Source: Nitrososphaera sp. (lineage in GTDB: Archaea > Thermoproteota > Nitrososphaeria > Nitrososphaerales > Nitrososphaeraceae). Taken from it: DNA of 59,035 nt. A program made the position numbers and the translations under genes. The notes beneath the pieces were generated by a model that ran no database searches, was not told where the DNA came from, and worked only from the letters and a program-made list of their open reading frames with translations. Each line of letters starts with the position of its first letter. Positions within the stretch are counted from its first letter, which is position 1. Positions 16,897 through 26,154 of this stretch are shown piece after piece. The stretch lies in the NCBI GenBank assembly GCA_035620415.1, contig DASPGV010000067.1, forward strand, positions 1 through 59,035. Reading direction: 5' to 3'.

Positions 16897-18954
16897 ATGG
16901 AACAGATGAGTTTTGACTCTCAACCGAAGGATTCCAAGAAAGGCGGAGTTTTAGAGTCTGCGTCAAAGCGCGTGAGGATGATCTTCTCTGTGATGGCAAG
17001 TCCCAACAGGATCGACATCCTGCGCATCCTCAACACCAAGGGCCCCCTCACGTACTCGGAGCTCAAGGCGCTGGCCGGCTTCAAGTCAAAGAAAGAGTCG
17101 GGCAAGTTCGCGTACCATCTGAGAAAATTATTGAGGCAGCTTCTGGTAGCCCTCAACAAGGCCGAGCGCCGCTACACGATAACAAACCTGGGCAAGCTCG
17201 TATTGTCTCTGGCGAGGCAGATCGAGGAGCGCTCGATAATCGAGAGCGGCAAGATGTACGTGAGGACAAGCAGGCACACCATTGAGGAGTTCAACTCTCA
17301 CAAGATAATCCAGTCGCTCGTGAGGGAGGCGAACCTGCCGCTCGAGCAGGCACACAAGATCACCGAGGAGGTCGAGAACAAGATCTACAAGTTCCAGACA
17401 GCGTATCTGACATCGTCGCTCATACGCGAGACGGTCAATTCCGTCCTCATAGAGCACGGTCACGAGGAATACCGCAACAAGCTGGCAAGGGTCGGCCTGC
17501 CGTCCTCGGACATTGTGGAGATGCTCGCGGCCGACGGCGCGACAGTCGACGGCGTCATGTCAAAGACGGCCGGCTCGGTCTTCTCTGAATACCTGGTGTT
17601 CAACACACTGCCGAAGGATATCGCCGACATGCACCTTGCCGGCGAGATCAACATTTCAAGCGCCGGCGTCTGGGGACTTTTGCCCGACACGGTCTTTATC
17701 GATCTATCGGAGCTGGAGGACGGGCTTGACCTGAAGGGCCGGTTCCTGAACGTGACTCGCATACCTGCGCTCAAGGGATCGGACGACGCGCTGGCCGCGC
17801 TCCCTGCGCTCGTGTCGCTCCTTTCAAGGGAGGCGTCCGCGGAGGCGGTGATCGAAGGCCTCGTGCCCGCGCTCCTGAAGAACATGAAGGACCCAGAAGA
17901 GATCACGTCGCGCTTTGCAAGGGCCCTGATGGCTTCTTCGGCAGCTCCTTCGTATTCGGCAACAGTGACTACGATCGCGATCCCTGACGGAACAGACGCG
18001 CGGCAGCTCAACGCGCTCTTGGACGGCTACAAGAAATACGTCGACGCGACGCCGACTCCAAGGATCGGCCTTGCGGTGTCGGGCAAAATAAAGGACAGCC
18101 TTGATCATGTTTCGGCAGTTGCGCGCAGCGGAGGCATCATTTCGATCTGCGCCGGCGTTCGCGCAAGCAACGGCATCCGCAAGCCTGCCGGCAAGAGCGC
18201 AGCGGCAATGTCGCTCCATTCGCTTTCGATAAACCTTCCGCGGCTCGCGTACGAATCGAACAAGGACGAAACCTACTTCCGCGCAAAGCTGGCGCTCATG
18301 ATAAAACCGTCGCTCGCCGCGATGTCGATGCGCAAAAAGACCGTGGTCGACTATGTCAAGAAGGGGCTCCTGCCGTCGCTTGCCGGCGCCACCGGCTCGA
18401 TGCAGAGGGGCACGTCGGCGATAGTGGTCAACCTGACAGGCGCCCGCGAGTCGGTCTACAACATCCTAGGCGAGTCCTCGGGCGAGGTGCTCCAGAAGGT
18501 CCTCAAGACGGCCGTTGAGGTGGCCGCAACCCAGGGCAAGCAGCTTGGCGAGGAGGGGGCCGGCGTCTCGATGGTCTCGGACGAGAGCGGGGTGAGGTTC
18601 GCCGGGCTCGACTCTGAGAAGTACGGCAAGGTCTCGCTCCTCCAGTCCCAGAATACCGCCAGCTATTCCCAGGGAATGACGCTAAATGGCAGGGAAATCC
18701 TCTCAGACAGGGCCTCCGTGCAAGAGTGCACGGCCATCGACAAGCTGCTGAACGGCGGCTTTGCCGCGGGACTCGACGTGACCGACCTTTCAGCCGCAGA
18801 GGTAAAGAGCGCGATAGAAGCTGCGATAGAGCTGCCGTTCCTCCGCCCCCGCATCAGGTTCGCCGTATGCACCACGTGCGGCAGGCGTTCACGAGCTGCT
18901 GCGGACAAGTGCGAGCACTGCAAGTCGCCGCACAGGCTGCCGGTGTATTCGTAA
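16897..18954 (+). CDS. ArsR-type wHTH + ATP-cone + degenerate class III RNR (NrdD-like) fusion; putative regulator/pseudoenzyme
   Basis: N-terminal SPNRIDILRIL..GPLTYSELK...GKFAYHL..L; ATP-cone EEFNSHKI..SL; NrdD-like HLAGEI, SINLPRLA, RFA..D..KYG, NGG, CxxC-CxxC; no RxxGY glycyl motif. Confidence 0.85.
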   Translation: MEQMSFDSQPKDSKKGGVLESASKRVRMIFSVMASPNRIDILRILNTKGPLTYSELKALAGFKSKKESGKFAYHLRKLLRQLLVALNKAERRYTITNLGKLVLSLARQIEERSIIESGKMYVRTSRHTIEEFNSHKIIQSLVREANLPLEQAHKITEEVENKIYKFQTAYLTSSLIRETVNSVLIEHGHEEYRNKLARVGLPSSDIVEMLAADGATVDGVMSKTAGSVFSEYLVFNTLPKDIADMHLAGEINISSAGVWGLLPDTVFIDLSELEDGLDLKGRFLNVTRIPALKGSDDALAALPALVSLLSREASAEAVIEGLVPALLKNMKDPEEITSRFARALMASSAAPSYSATVTTIAIPDGTDARQLNALLDGYKKYVDATPTPRIGLAVSGKIKDSLDHVSAVARSGGIISICAGVRASNGIRKPAGKSAAAMSLHSLSINLPRLAYESNKDETYFRAKLALMIKPSLAAMSMRKKTVVDYVKKGLLPSLAGATGSMQRGTSAIVVNLTGARESVYNILGESSGEVLQKVLKTAVEVAATQGKQLGEEGAGVSMVSDESGVRFAGLDSEKYGKVSLLQSQNTASYSQGMTLNGREILSDRASVQECTAIDKLLNGGFAAGLDVTDLSAAEVKSAIEAAIELPFLRPRIRFAVCTTCGRRSRAAADKCEHCKSPHRLPVYS

Positions 18955-19189
18955 CTGCAGCAGCGCCGCGCCGCATCATCTTTCTTTTTTGTTATTATAA
19001 TGATGCGGGCAAAGCTGCCGACGTTTGCAGATTTTGTAAATGCAAAACTTTCTTCTCATTTGTTAGAAATGTTATAATGCTGCATTCGGATTCCAGCTTT
19101 GTTTTGCTTTAATAACATCAGGTTTACTTTTACGGATGATTTACGTCCATGTTTTAGTATTAAATCTATTAATACAAGTAGCCTTGTGT

Positions 19190-19277
19190 ATAGGCCGGGA
19201 TGGCGGGAGTTACTGAATTTAATCCAAATTCGGCAACACTAATCGCAAAGATGGGCCAAGCCCTCCAAGAAGAATAG
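19190..19277 (+). repeat. Diverged copy of the nrdJ 5' UTR/start, encoding a 25-aa peptide (19200-19277)
   Basis: ATAGGCCGGGATGGCGGGAGTTAC vs ATAGGGTGGGATGGCGGGAGTTAC at the nrdJ start; MAGVTEFNPNSATLIAKM vs MAGVTFDDNSKETTLISKI. Confidence 0.75.
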
Positions 19278-19420
19278 GAAAGACAAGTAACAACACTACA
19301 GACATCGACAAACTCCTGTCCTTGATCAGGACAAGAAAAAGGTGAGGTGGCTACCTCTTGATCCGGGGTGTGTCCTTCATACCTCAACAGCAGATCGCCA
19401 GTCTGCCAGTTGCGCATCTC

Positions 19421-19479
19421 TCATAGGGAGCTGGAAGATATCCAGATCGCCAGTCTGGTCATCTTCCAGTAGCCTATGA
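19421..19479. other. Long imperfect hairpin in the intergenic region upstream of nrdJ
   Basis: TCATAGG/CCTATGA, CTGGAAGAT/ATCTTCCAG and CCAGA/TCTGG nested stems. Confidence 0.7.
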
Positions 19480-19829
19480 TTCACTATGATTATTACGAGC
19501 TAAGGTAGACTAAGTAGCTGGGTATTTAACATTTGCTACCTTATCCGAAAACGTTTTAGGTGAAAAATTTCTGTACGCAGCTGCAAAACTAGCCTTCCGC
19601 CGCATGTCAAGTTTTTGTTTTGAAAAAAACTAATGACAATATTTGGTAGATTTTAACAAAAATATGTACAGCTTAATTGATGCAACTTTTTTCCTATTTT
19701 TAAGAAAAATTATTCATGTACAAGCTCGACTATGATCTAATATTATGCACTGGTGAATCTTTTCAGCCAAATAAGATGAATCGTTTTAGGAGAAAGGATA
19801 AGTACGAGTCCTTTTCTGGATAGGGTGGG

Positions 19830-22565
19830 ATGGCGGGAGTTACGTTTGACGACAACTCTAAAGAGACGACTTTAATTAGCAAAATTAGAAAACGCGATGG
19901 ACGTGTCGTTAACTTTGAACAGTCAAAAATTGCCAACGCGATTTACAAGGCGCTGGTGGCGACTGGCAGGCCGGATTATCCATTAGCGGAGAGGCTTGCG
20001 GCAAAGGTTGTCCAGAAGATGGTACAACAGAGCGAAAAGACGGGTATTCCAAGCGTGGAGGACGTGCAGGACATGGTCGAGTCGATACTGATAGAGGAGG
20101 GCCTCTCAGAGACGGCCAAGTCCTACATCCTCTACAGGCATGAGAGGCGCAAGATAAGAGACGAGAAGATGAAGATCCTGAACAAGAAGGACCTCGACGA
20201 GGTGGACAAGGCGTTTGACATCAACTCGCTGAGGGTGCTGGCGGCGAGATACCTGCTGAGAGACGACAGCAACGAGATAATCGAGGGCCCCAAGCAGATG
20301 TTCGAAAGAGTCGCTACGCTCGTGGCGATAGCGGACGTGATGCACGACCCGGCTGTGTTCAACCTTGCAGGCGGCAATACACAGAGCATCGAGGAGGCCG
20401 AAAAATACTATACGAAACTTGCCGACTTTGACAACAAACTGCACCTTGGAGAATACTACCTGAACAAGTACCACTTTGAAGCCATGATACGCCACTACAT
20501 CTATTGCGCGCAGCACGGGCAAATGAAGGTCAGCTTCAAGGAGCTGCTCAGGATGATAGCGGAGAACAAGCTGGCGCAGTACGAAGAGAGGATCTGGGAG
20601 TACTACAGCCTGATGGTGTCGCGCGATTTCCTGCCCAACACGCCTACTCTGATGAACGCCGGCGCGAGGCTGGGGCAGCTGTCGGCCTGCTTTGTGCTTG
20701 ACATGCCGGACGACATGGCCGGCATAATGAAGTCGTCGACGGACGCGGCAATGATCTTCAAGTCTGGCGGCGGCGTCGGGATCAACTATTCCGATCTGCG
20801 GCCGGAGGGCGACATCGTCGCGTCGACGTCTGGAGTCGCGTCGGGGCCGACGTCGTTCATGCGGATAATTGACACGATAACCGACGTTGTAAAGCAGGGA
20901 GGCAAGCGCAGGGGAGCCAACATGGGCATACTCGAGGCGTGGCACCCAGACATCGAAAAGTTCGTGACCGCCAAGACAAAGCCGGGCGTCTTTGAGAACT
21001 TTAACGTGTCAGTCGGCATCTGGGAAGATTTCTGGCGCGCGCTCGTGAACAAGGAAGGCAACCACAAGTACACGCTGCGAAGCCCGAGGAACAAGGACCA
21101 GCCGATGCGCCAGATCGACGCGCAGCAGCTCATAGACCTGATCGCATTGAGCGCGTGGAGGAGCGCCGAGCCGGGAGTGATATTCTTCGACAACATCAAC
21201 AAGTACAACCCGATGATAAACGCAAGGCACGGGCCGCTGCGCGCCACGAACCCGTGCGGCGAACAATCATTATATCCATATGAGTCGTGCAACCTTGGAT
21301 CGATAAACCTGGCCAACTTTGTCAAACGCAAGGCCGACGGCGCGTACGAGTTTGACTGGCAGCGCTACGAGCAGGCAGTCAGGCTGTCGACAAGGTTCCT
21401 AGACAACATCATCGACATGAACAAGTACCCCGTGGAAGAAATCAAAATTGCAACCAAGGAGACAAGGAGGATCGGCCTTGGCATAATGGGTATAGCAGAC
21501 CTGCTGTTCCTGCTGAAGGTCCCGTACAACTCGAAGGACGGCTATGAGTTCATGAACAAGCTGGCAGAGGCAGTTTCGTATTTGAGCATGGACGAAAGCG
21601 TCGCGCTCGCAAAGGCCCGCGGCCCGTTCCCGATGTGCAAGGACAGCGACTATGTGAAAGGCCGCATCCCTGTCGCCGGGTACTACGAGCTTCCAAAGGA
21701 AACCCACACCTACGACTGGGACACGCTAATCGAGAAGATAGAGAAGCACGGCATCCGCAACTCGTGGACATCGACAATCGCGCCGACAGGCACACTGTCA
21801 ATGATAGCCGACACGGCAAACGGGGTCGAGCCGGTCTTTGCGCTCGTCTATGAAAAGCGCGTGACTGTGGGCCGGTTCTTTTACACCGACAAGGTGTTTG
21901 AGAACATGCTGAAGGAGAACAAGCTCTACACCGACGAGATACTGACCAAGGTCGCCAACAACTACGGCTCTGTCCGCGGGCTTGCCGAAATCCCAGAGTG
22001 GATGCAGCGCATATTCGTGACTGCAATCGACATCCACTGGACCGACCACGTGATGGCCCAGGCCGTGTGGCAGAAATGGATCAGCAACGCGATCGCAAAG
22101 ACGATAAACATGCCCGGCGACGTGACCGCGGAAGACGTCAAGTGCGCCTACCTGCTGTCGCACGAGCTGGGATTAAAGGGCGTGACTGTGTTCAGGGACG
22201 GCTCGCGCCACGAGCAGGTGCTACACATCACCGGCAAGAACACGGGCGAAAAGGCGTTTGCTGTAAAGCCGAGCAGGTACGTCGCCGACTATGTCGACGC
22301 AAGCATCGGCGAGCCGTACGTGCTGGAGCAGATGCAAAAGATATTCAAGGAATCGGGGATAGAGGAAGAAAAACCTGTGCCAAAGGAAGTGTTGCCGCAG
22401 GAAATCCCGGTGGCTCCGAAAAAGCTGGCGCCCCAGCCAGCGATGCAGATGACGGTGCTGGAGGCAAACGAGGACCGCTGCCCAACGTGCAACGCGAAGC
22501 TGATAATCACCGAAGGGTGCAACGTGTGCATCGAGTGCGGCTTTAGCGGCTGCGGGTCAGGATAG
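19830..22565 (+). CDS. nrdJ: Class II (adenosylcobalamin-dependent) ribonucleotide reductase with ATP cone
   Basis: KIRKRDG ATP cone, PNTPTLMNAG, QLSACF, RRGANM, TNPCGEQ, CNLGSINL, IAPTGT, C-terminal CPxC..EGC..C..CG.S.C. Confidence 0.97.
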   Translation: MAGVTFDDNSKETTLISKIRKRDGRVVNFEQSKIANAIYKALVATGRPDYPLAERLAAKVVQKMVQQSEKTGIPSVEDVQDMVESILIEEGLSETAKSYILYRHERRKIRDEKMKILNKKDLDEVDKAFDINSLRVLAARYLLRDDSNEIIEGPKQMFERVATLVAIADVMHDPAVFNLAGGNTQSIEEAEKYYTKLADFDNKLHLGEYYLNKYHFEAMIRHYIYCAQHGQMKVSFKELLRMIAENKLAQYEERIWEYYSLMVSRDFLPNTPTLMNAGARLGQLSACFVLDMPDDMAGIMKSSTDAAMIFKSGGGVGINYSDLRPEGDIVASTSGVASGPTSFMRIIDTITDVVKQGGKRRGANMGILEAWHPDIEKFVTAKTKPGVFENFNVSVGIWEDFWRALVNKEGNHKYTLRSPRNKDQPMRQIDAQQLIDLIALSAWRSAEPGVIFFDNINKYNPMINARHGPLRATNPCGEQSLYPYESCNLGSINLANFVKRKADGAYEFDWQRYEQAVRLSTRFLDNIIDMNKYPVEEIKIATKETRRIGLGIMGIADLLFLLKVPYNSKDGYEFMNKLAEAVSYLSMDESVALAKARGPFPMCKDSDYVKGRIPVAGYYELPKETHTYDWDTLIEKIEKHGIRNSWTSTIAPTGTLSMIADTANGVEPVFALVYEKRVTVGRFFYTDKVFENMLKENKLYTDEILTKVANNYGSVRGLAEIPEWMQRIFVTAIDIHWTDHVMAQAVWQKWISNAIAKTINMPGDVTAEDVKCAYLLSHELGLKGVTVFRDGSRHEQVLHITGKNTGEKAFAVKPSRYVADYVDASIGEPYVLEQMQKIFKESGIEEEKPVPKEVLPQEIPVAPKKLAPQPAMQMTVLEANEDRCPTCNAKLIITEGCNVCIECGFSGCGSG

Positions 22566-22737
22566 GGATTAAGAAGAGAATACCTCTCTTTTTCCTTTAA
22601 GGAGCATGATGATATGTCACATTCCCTGCCCAATGGTGCATATAGCCGCTCATTTATGTTTGGCAGCGTGTATCGTGCCTCCGGATTTCTCTTACATAGG
22701 ACTTATCTGAAAGCCGGAGGACGCGGCTGCAACTCTC

Positions 22738-23973
22738 TTGCCAAATTATCTGCTAATGATCATTATAGTATTCGCGCCAGCCGCGTACGCACAGGCGGAT
22801 TTTGAAACATACGACGATCCCTACTTTGGCATAACGGTGCAGCGTCCCGCAGGCTGGTACGTGGAAGGAGACAACCCGTGGAACCACGCGCATATCAGCC
22901 CCTGGCACCTGCCGCTGATACCGATAAAGGAGCTCCAGCCTACGGCAGTCGACATACTGCTTGAAGGAAAAAAGACGCTGGTCGCAAGCATCGAGCCGGC
23001 CGACGAGTCGGGCGCGTACATGCAGCTGTCGGTGGAAAGGATGCCTGCCGGCACCACGCTTACCGGCTATGTTGACCACACGCTTGAGAGGCTGCGGGCA
23101 AACAACGAGAACCTGCAGGTACAAGAAACGAGCGAAACGACCCTTGGCGGGAACCCGGCAGTCAGGCTCGTCATCACCACCGGCGCCGGGGAGTTCAGGA
23201 CGGCGCAGGTCCTTTCGCTCTACGGAAGCCCTTGCGTACGTTTTCCAGTACGGAGCCGCGGGTGAAGATTATGAAGCAAACCTGCCGGCGTTCCAGCACA
23301 TGGCAGAGTCTGCCGTCATAAGCCCGCCCGTGTCGTAAGAGCAGCTGCTGCTCATGCCCATGGCCGGGGCAGGAATCGCGTCAGCCGCGGTCATTGCGGT
23401 AAAGGCAAAGAGAAGAGACTCGTACACGGCGCGCCTGCTGGGAGAAGCAAGGAGGATGCTTGCCCCGGCGTTTGGCATCGAGGTGCTTTGCGTCGCCTCT
23501 GCCGAGATCGGCGGCCTGCTGGGCTTGTACTACTATGGCTTTAACCCACTTGGAATCATCATGGCCTACGTCCTTGCCTACGCGCTTGCCGGCTCTACGA
23601 TGTTTGCAAGCATACTTGGCAGAGGCGGCGCGCACAGCCACGAAGAAGAGATCATGCGCGGCTGCAGCACGGAACATGATTCAGGGTTTGCGGCAAACTT
23701 CAAGCAGACGTTTGTTAATTTTGGAACCGGCCTGCGCAAGTGACGAGGCTCCACAGGGAGCCGGACGCGTGGCGGATCGTGAAGGTAAGCCTCATAGTGC
23801 TCGTGTCGGCGGAGAGCGGCTGCATCATTGCGGCAGCTACAGTGGACGTGATGTTATACCAATACTCGATGTTCCTCTCGATCCCGGCCGCCCTGCTTGC
23901 AGGCACGCTCGTCGTCGCCTTTATCGCGGCGCGAAGGTCGCTCAGGCACAGGTTCATAGAGCAGCAGAGCTAG
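22738..23973 (+). pseudogene. Disrupted secreted PsbP-like + membrane-domain gene
   Basis: Signal peptide and F.TY.DP.FG.T.Q.P.GW PsbP-like domain; frameshift near 23230, in-frame TAA 23336, frameshift near 23740 link four ORF fragments. Confidence 0.65.
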
Positions 23974-24021
23974 GCGCAATATTACAGTTAAAATAGTGCT
24001 TTGCACTTATTACTAAATGAA

Positions 24022-24585
24022 ATGTCAAACGTGCGAGTCAACGAAAGTCCAAACCACTTCATGGTACTGGACGCCATAGCAAGAGGAATGAAGACTGTTG
24101 ACAAGATTGCAAAAGTGACCAGGCTGGACAGGGCCGAGATAGAGCTAATCGTAAATGATCTGGTGTCGCAGAGGCTAGTCATCGGCGAAGAGAAGAAAAA
24201 GCTGTTCGGCGGCAAAAAGACCGAATTTTCAATAAGCCACACCGGCATGCAACTGCTCAACGCAAAGAAGCTGGAGCTTGAGAAGCAGGCTCAGCAGATT
24301 CAGCAGTGGTACCAGAGCGGCCAGACGCAGCAGATACAGCAGTACATGGACAGCAACAGGATGTGGATGCCATTGATGCTCTTCTCTGGCATCATGAACA
24401 TCATGTTCTTCATGTCCATGATGTCGCTGATGGGAATGGCAATGAGCCCAGCTGAAAGCGGGTTTGCAGGAGGCGAAGGAGCCTCGGCAGACGGCGGAGC
24501 TGGAGCTGAAGGTGACGCGGGAGCCGACGCTGGCGGAGGCGATTTCGGTGGCGGCGACTTTGGCGGCGGAGATTTCAGCTTCTAG
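24022..24585 (+). CDS. wHTH protein with Met-rich hydrophobic segment and Gly/Asp-rich tail
   Basis: N-terminal wHTH, Q-rich helix, MMSLMGMAM segment, (GGGDF)3 tail. Confidence 0.8.
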   Translation: MSNVRVNESPNHFMVLDAIARGMKTVDKIAKVTRLDRAEIELIVNDLVSQRLVIGEEKKKLFGGKKTEFSISHTGMQLLNAKKLELEKQAQQIQQWYQSGQTQQIQQYMDSNRMWMPLMLFSGIMNIMFFMSMMSLMGMAMSPAESGFAGGEGASADGGAGAEGDAGADAGGGDFGGGDFGGGDFSF

Positions 24586-25420
24586 CCGCTTCCACTATTT
24601 GTTTCTTTGAAGAATATTTAGCGGCAAGCGTAGCCAAAAACACCGTTATCAGGACAATCACTATTGTCGCGGCAGGCGGAATGTTTGCGGTGTACGACAC
24701 CACGATGCCGGCTACGACCGAAGATATCGATATCCCTACCGAAATGAGCGCGGTCTTTTTGAAGCCCTTGCCGAGCAGGAGCGCGGTGATGTTTGGGATC
24801 ACTATGAGCGACGACACGAGCAGTATTCCCACCAGCCTCATCGACACGATGACCGACACGCTTGCAAGCACCGCGAAAAGGTAGCTCAGCTTTGCAATCT
24901 GCAGACCACTGACCTTTGCCTGCTCTTCGTCAAACGTGACGTACATGAACTGCCGATAGAGCATGATCACTATTGCCAGAATCGCGCCAGCCATTGCCAG
25001 AATAGCGAGCGTGTCCTCTATGCTGACTACAAGTATGCTGCCAAACAGGTAGCTGAATATGTTTACCGGGGTTCCAGGCGGGGCCAGGCTGCTCAGCAGC
25101 AGGCCGAGCGCAAGGCCGCCTCCAAGCAGTAAGGCGACGGTGGCATCAGCCGGAATCCTGGCAGACTGGCGCAACTTTGTGATGCCAAGTGCCCCCAGCA
25201 CGGAGAACGCTACGCCGGTCCACAGCGGGTAGATGTTGGCAACCAGACCCACCGCTATGCCGCCAAACGCCACGTGAGAGAGCGCGTCGCCAAAGAGCGA
25301 GTTGCGCCTTAGCACAAGGAACAATCCAATGACCGACGCGGTTATCGCGACTGCCACGCCGGCAATAAGGGCGCGCTGCATGAACCCAAATTCGAGTATT
25401 TCAAGGACCATCCATGTCAC
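24575..25420 (-). CDS. znuB: Zn/Mn ABC transporter permease
   Basis: FMQRALIAG, GDALSH.AFGG, YLFGSIL, VGILLVSSL. Confidence 0.93.
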   Translation of the reverse strand: MTWMVLEILEFGFMQRALIAGVAVAITASVIGLFLVLRRNSLFGDALSHVAFGGIAVGLVANIYPLWTGVAFSVLGALGITKLRQSARIPADATVALLLGGGLALGLLLSSLAPPGTPVNIFSYLFGSILVVSIEDTLAILAMAGAILAIVIMLYRQFMYVTFDEEQAKVSGLQIAKLSYLFAVLASVSVIVSMRLVGILLVSSLIVIPNITALLLGKGFKKTALISVGISISSVVAGIVVSYTANIPPAATIVIVLITVFLATLAAKYSSKKQIVEAARS

Positions 25421-26154
25421 CCGTGATCGTGGTCGTGCAGGTGCATGTGGGCCTGCATGCTGGACTCTGAGTACGCCTTGAGCAGGTCGGCGTTTTCAAA
25501 GAACTCGTGCGCCTTGCCGTGGAAGAACATGCTGCGGTTGATGCACGCCACGCTGGTGGCGATCCTGTTGACCGCATCAAGGTCGTGCGACGCCCATATT
25601 ATCGTGATCTTTTTCTCCTGGTTCAATTTCTTCAAGAGCGTGTAGAACCTGTTTTGAGTTTCAACGTCGATGCCTGTAGCCGGCTCGTCCAGTATCAAAA
25701 GCTTCGGGTCGTTCACGAGCGCCTTTGCTATCAGCACGCGCTGCTGCTGTCCGCCGGAGAGCTCGCCCACCCGCCTGTCCTTCTGCTCCAGCAGCCCCAC
25801 GGTTTCAAACGCCGAAGCAATTTTCTCTTTGCTTATCTCGCCGGTTGTGATCCCAAGCGACACGATCTCCTCCACCGTCGCCGGGAAGTTGCGCTCTATG
25901 GTCTTTCTCTGCGGTATGTAGCCGATGCTCCTGAGCGCCCTGTCGCTCTTCTTGATGTCCTCGCCGAAAATCTTGATGGTGCCTGTGTAGCCGCTGAGCA
26001 GGCCCAGCATACAGGAAAAGAGCGTGGTCTTGCCGGCGCCGTTTGGGCCTATCATGCCGAGCAGGTCGCCCTCGCTTATCGAGAACGAGATGTTGTCAAG
26101 CACCAGGCTGCCCGAGTACGCGTACGACAGCTTTTCGATCTCGACTACCTGCAC
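25417..26154 (-). CDS. znuC: Zn/Mn ABC transporter ATPase
   Basis: GPNGAGKTT, LSGGQQQRV, LDEP, SHDL; His-rich tail. Confidence 0.95.
   Translation of the reverse strand: MQVVEIEKLSYAYSGSLVLDNISFSISEGDLLGMIGPNGAGKTTLFSCMLGLLSGYTGTIKIFGEDIKKSDRALRSIGYIPQRKTIERNFPATVEEIVSLGITTGEISKEKIASAFETVGLLEQKDRRVGELSGGQQQRVLIAKALVNDPKLLILDEPATGIDVETQNRFYTLLKKLNQEKKITIIWASHDLDAVNRIATSVACINRSMFFHGKAHEFFENADLLKAYSESSMQAHMHLHDHDHG

Noticed and set aside
16897-18954. Functional anaerobic ribonucleotide reductase (nrdD)
   Set aside because: No glycyl-radical motif, catalytic cysteines not seen, no nrdG in the window
20106-22546. Alternative-frame and antisense ORFs within nrdJ, and similar ones in cdc6, topA and lysC
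   Set aside because: Expected shadow ORFs from high GC at third codon positions; no motifs
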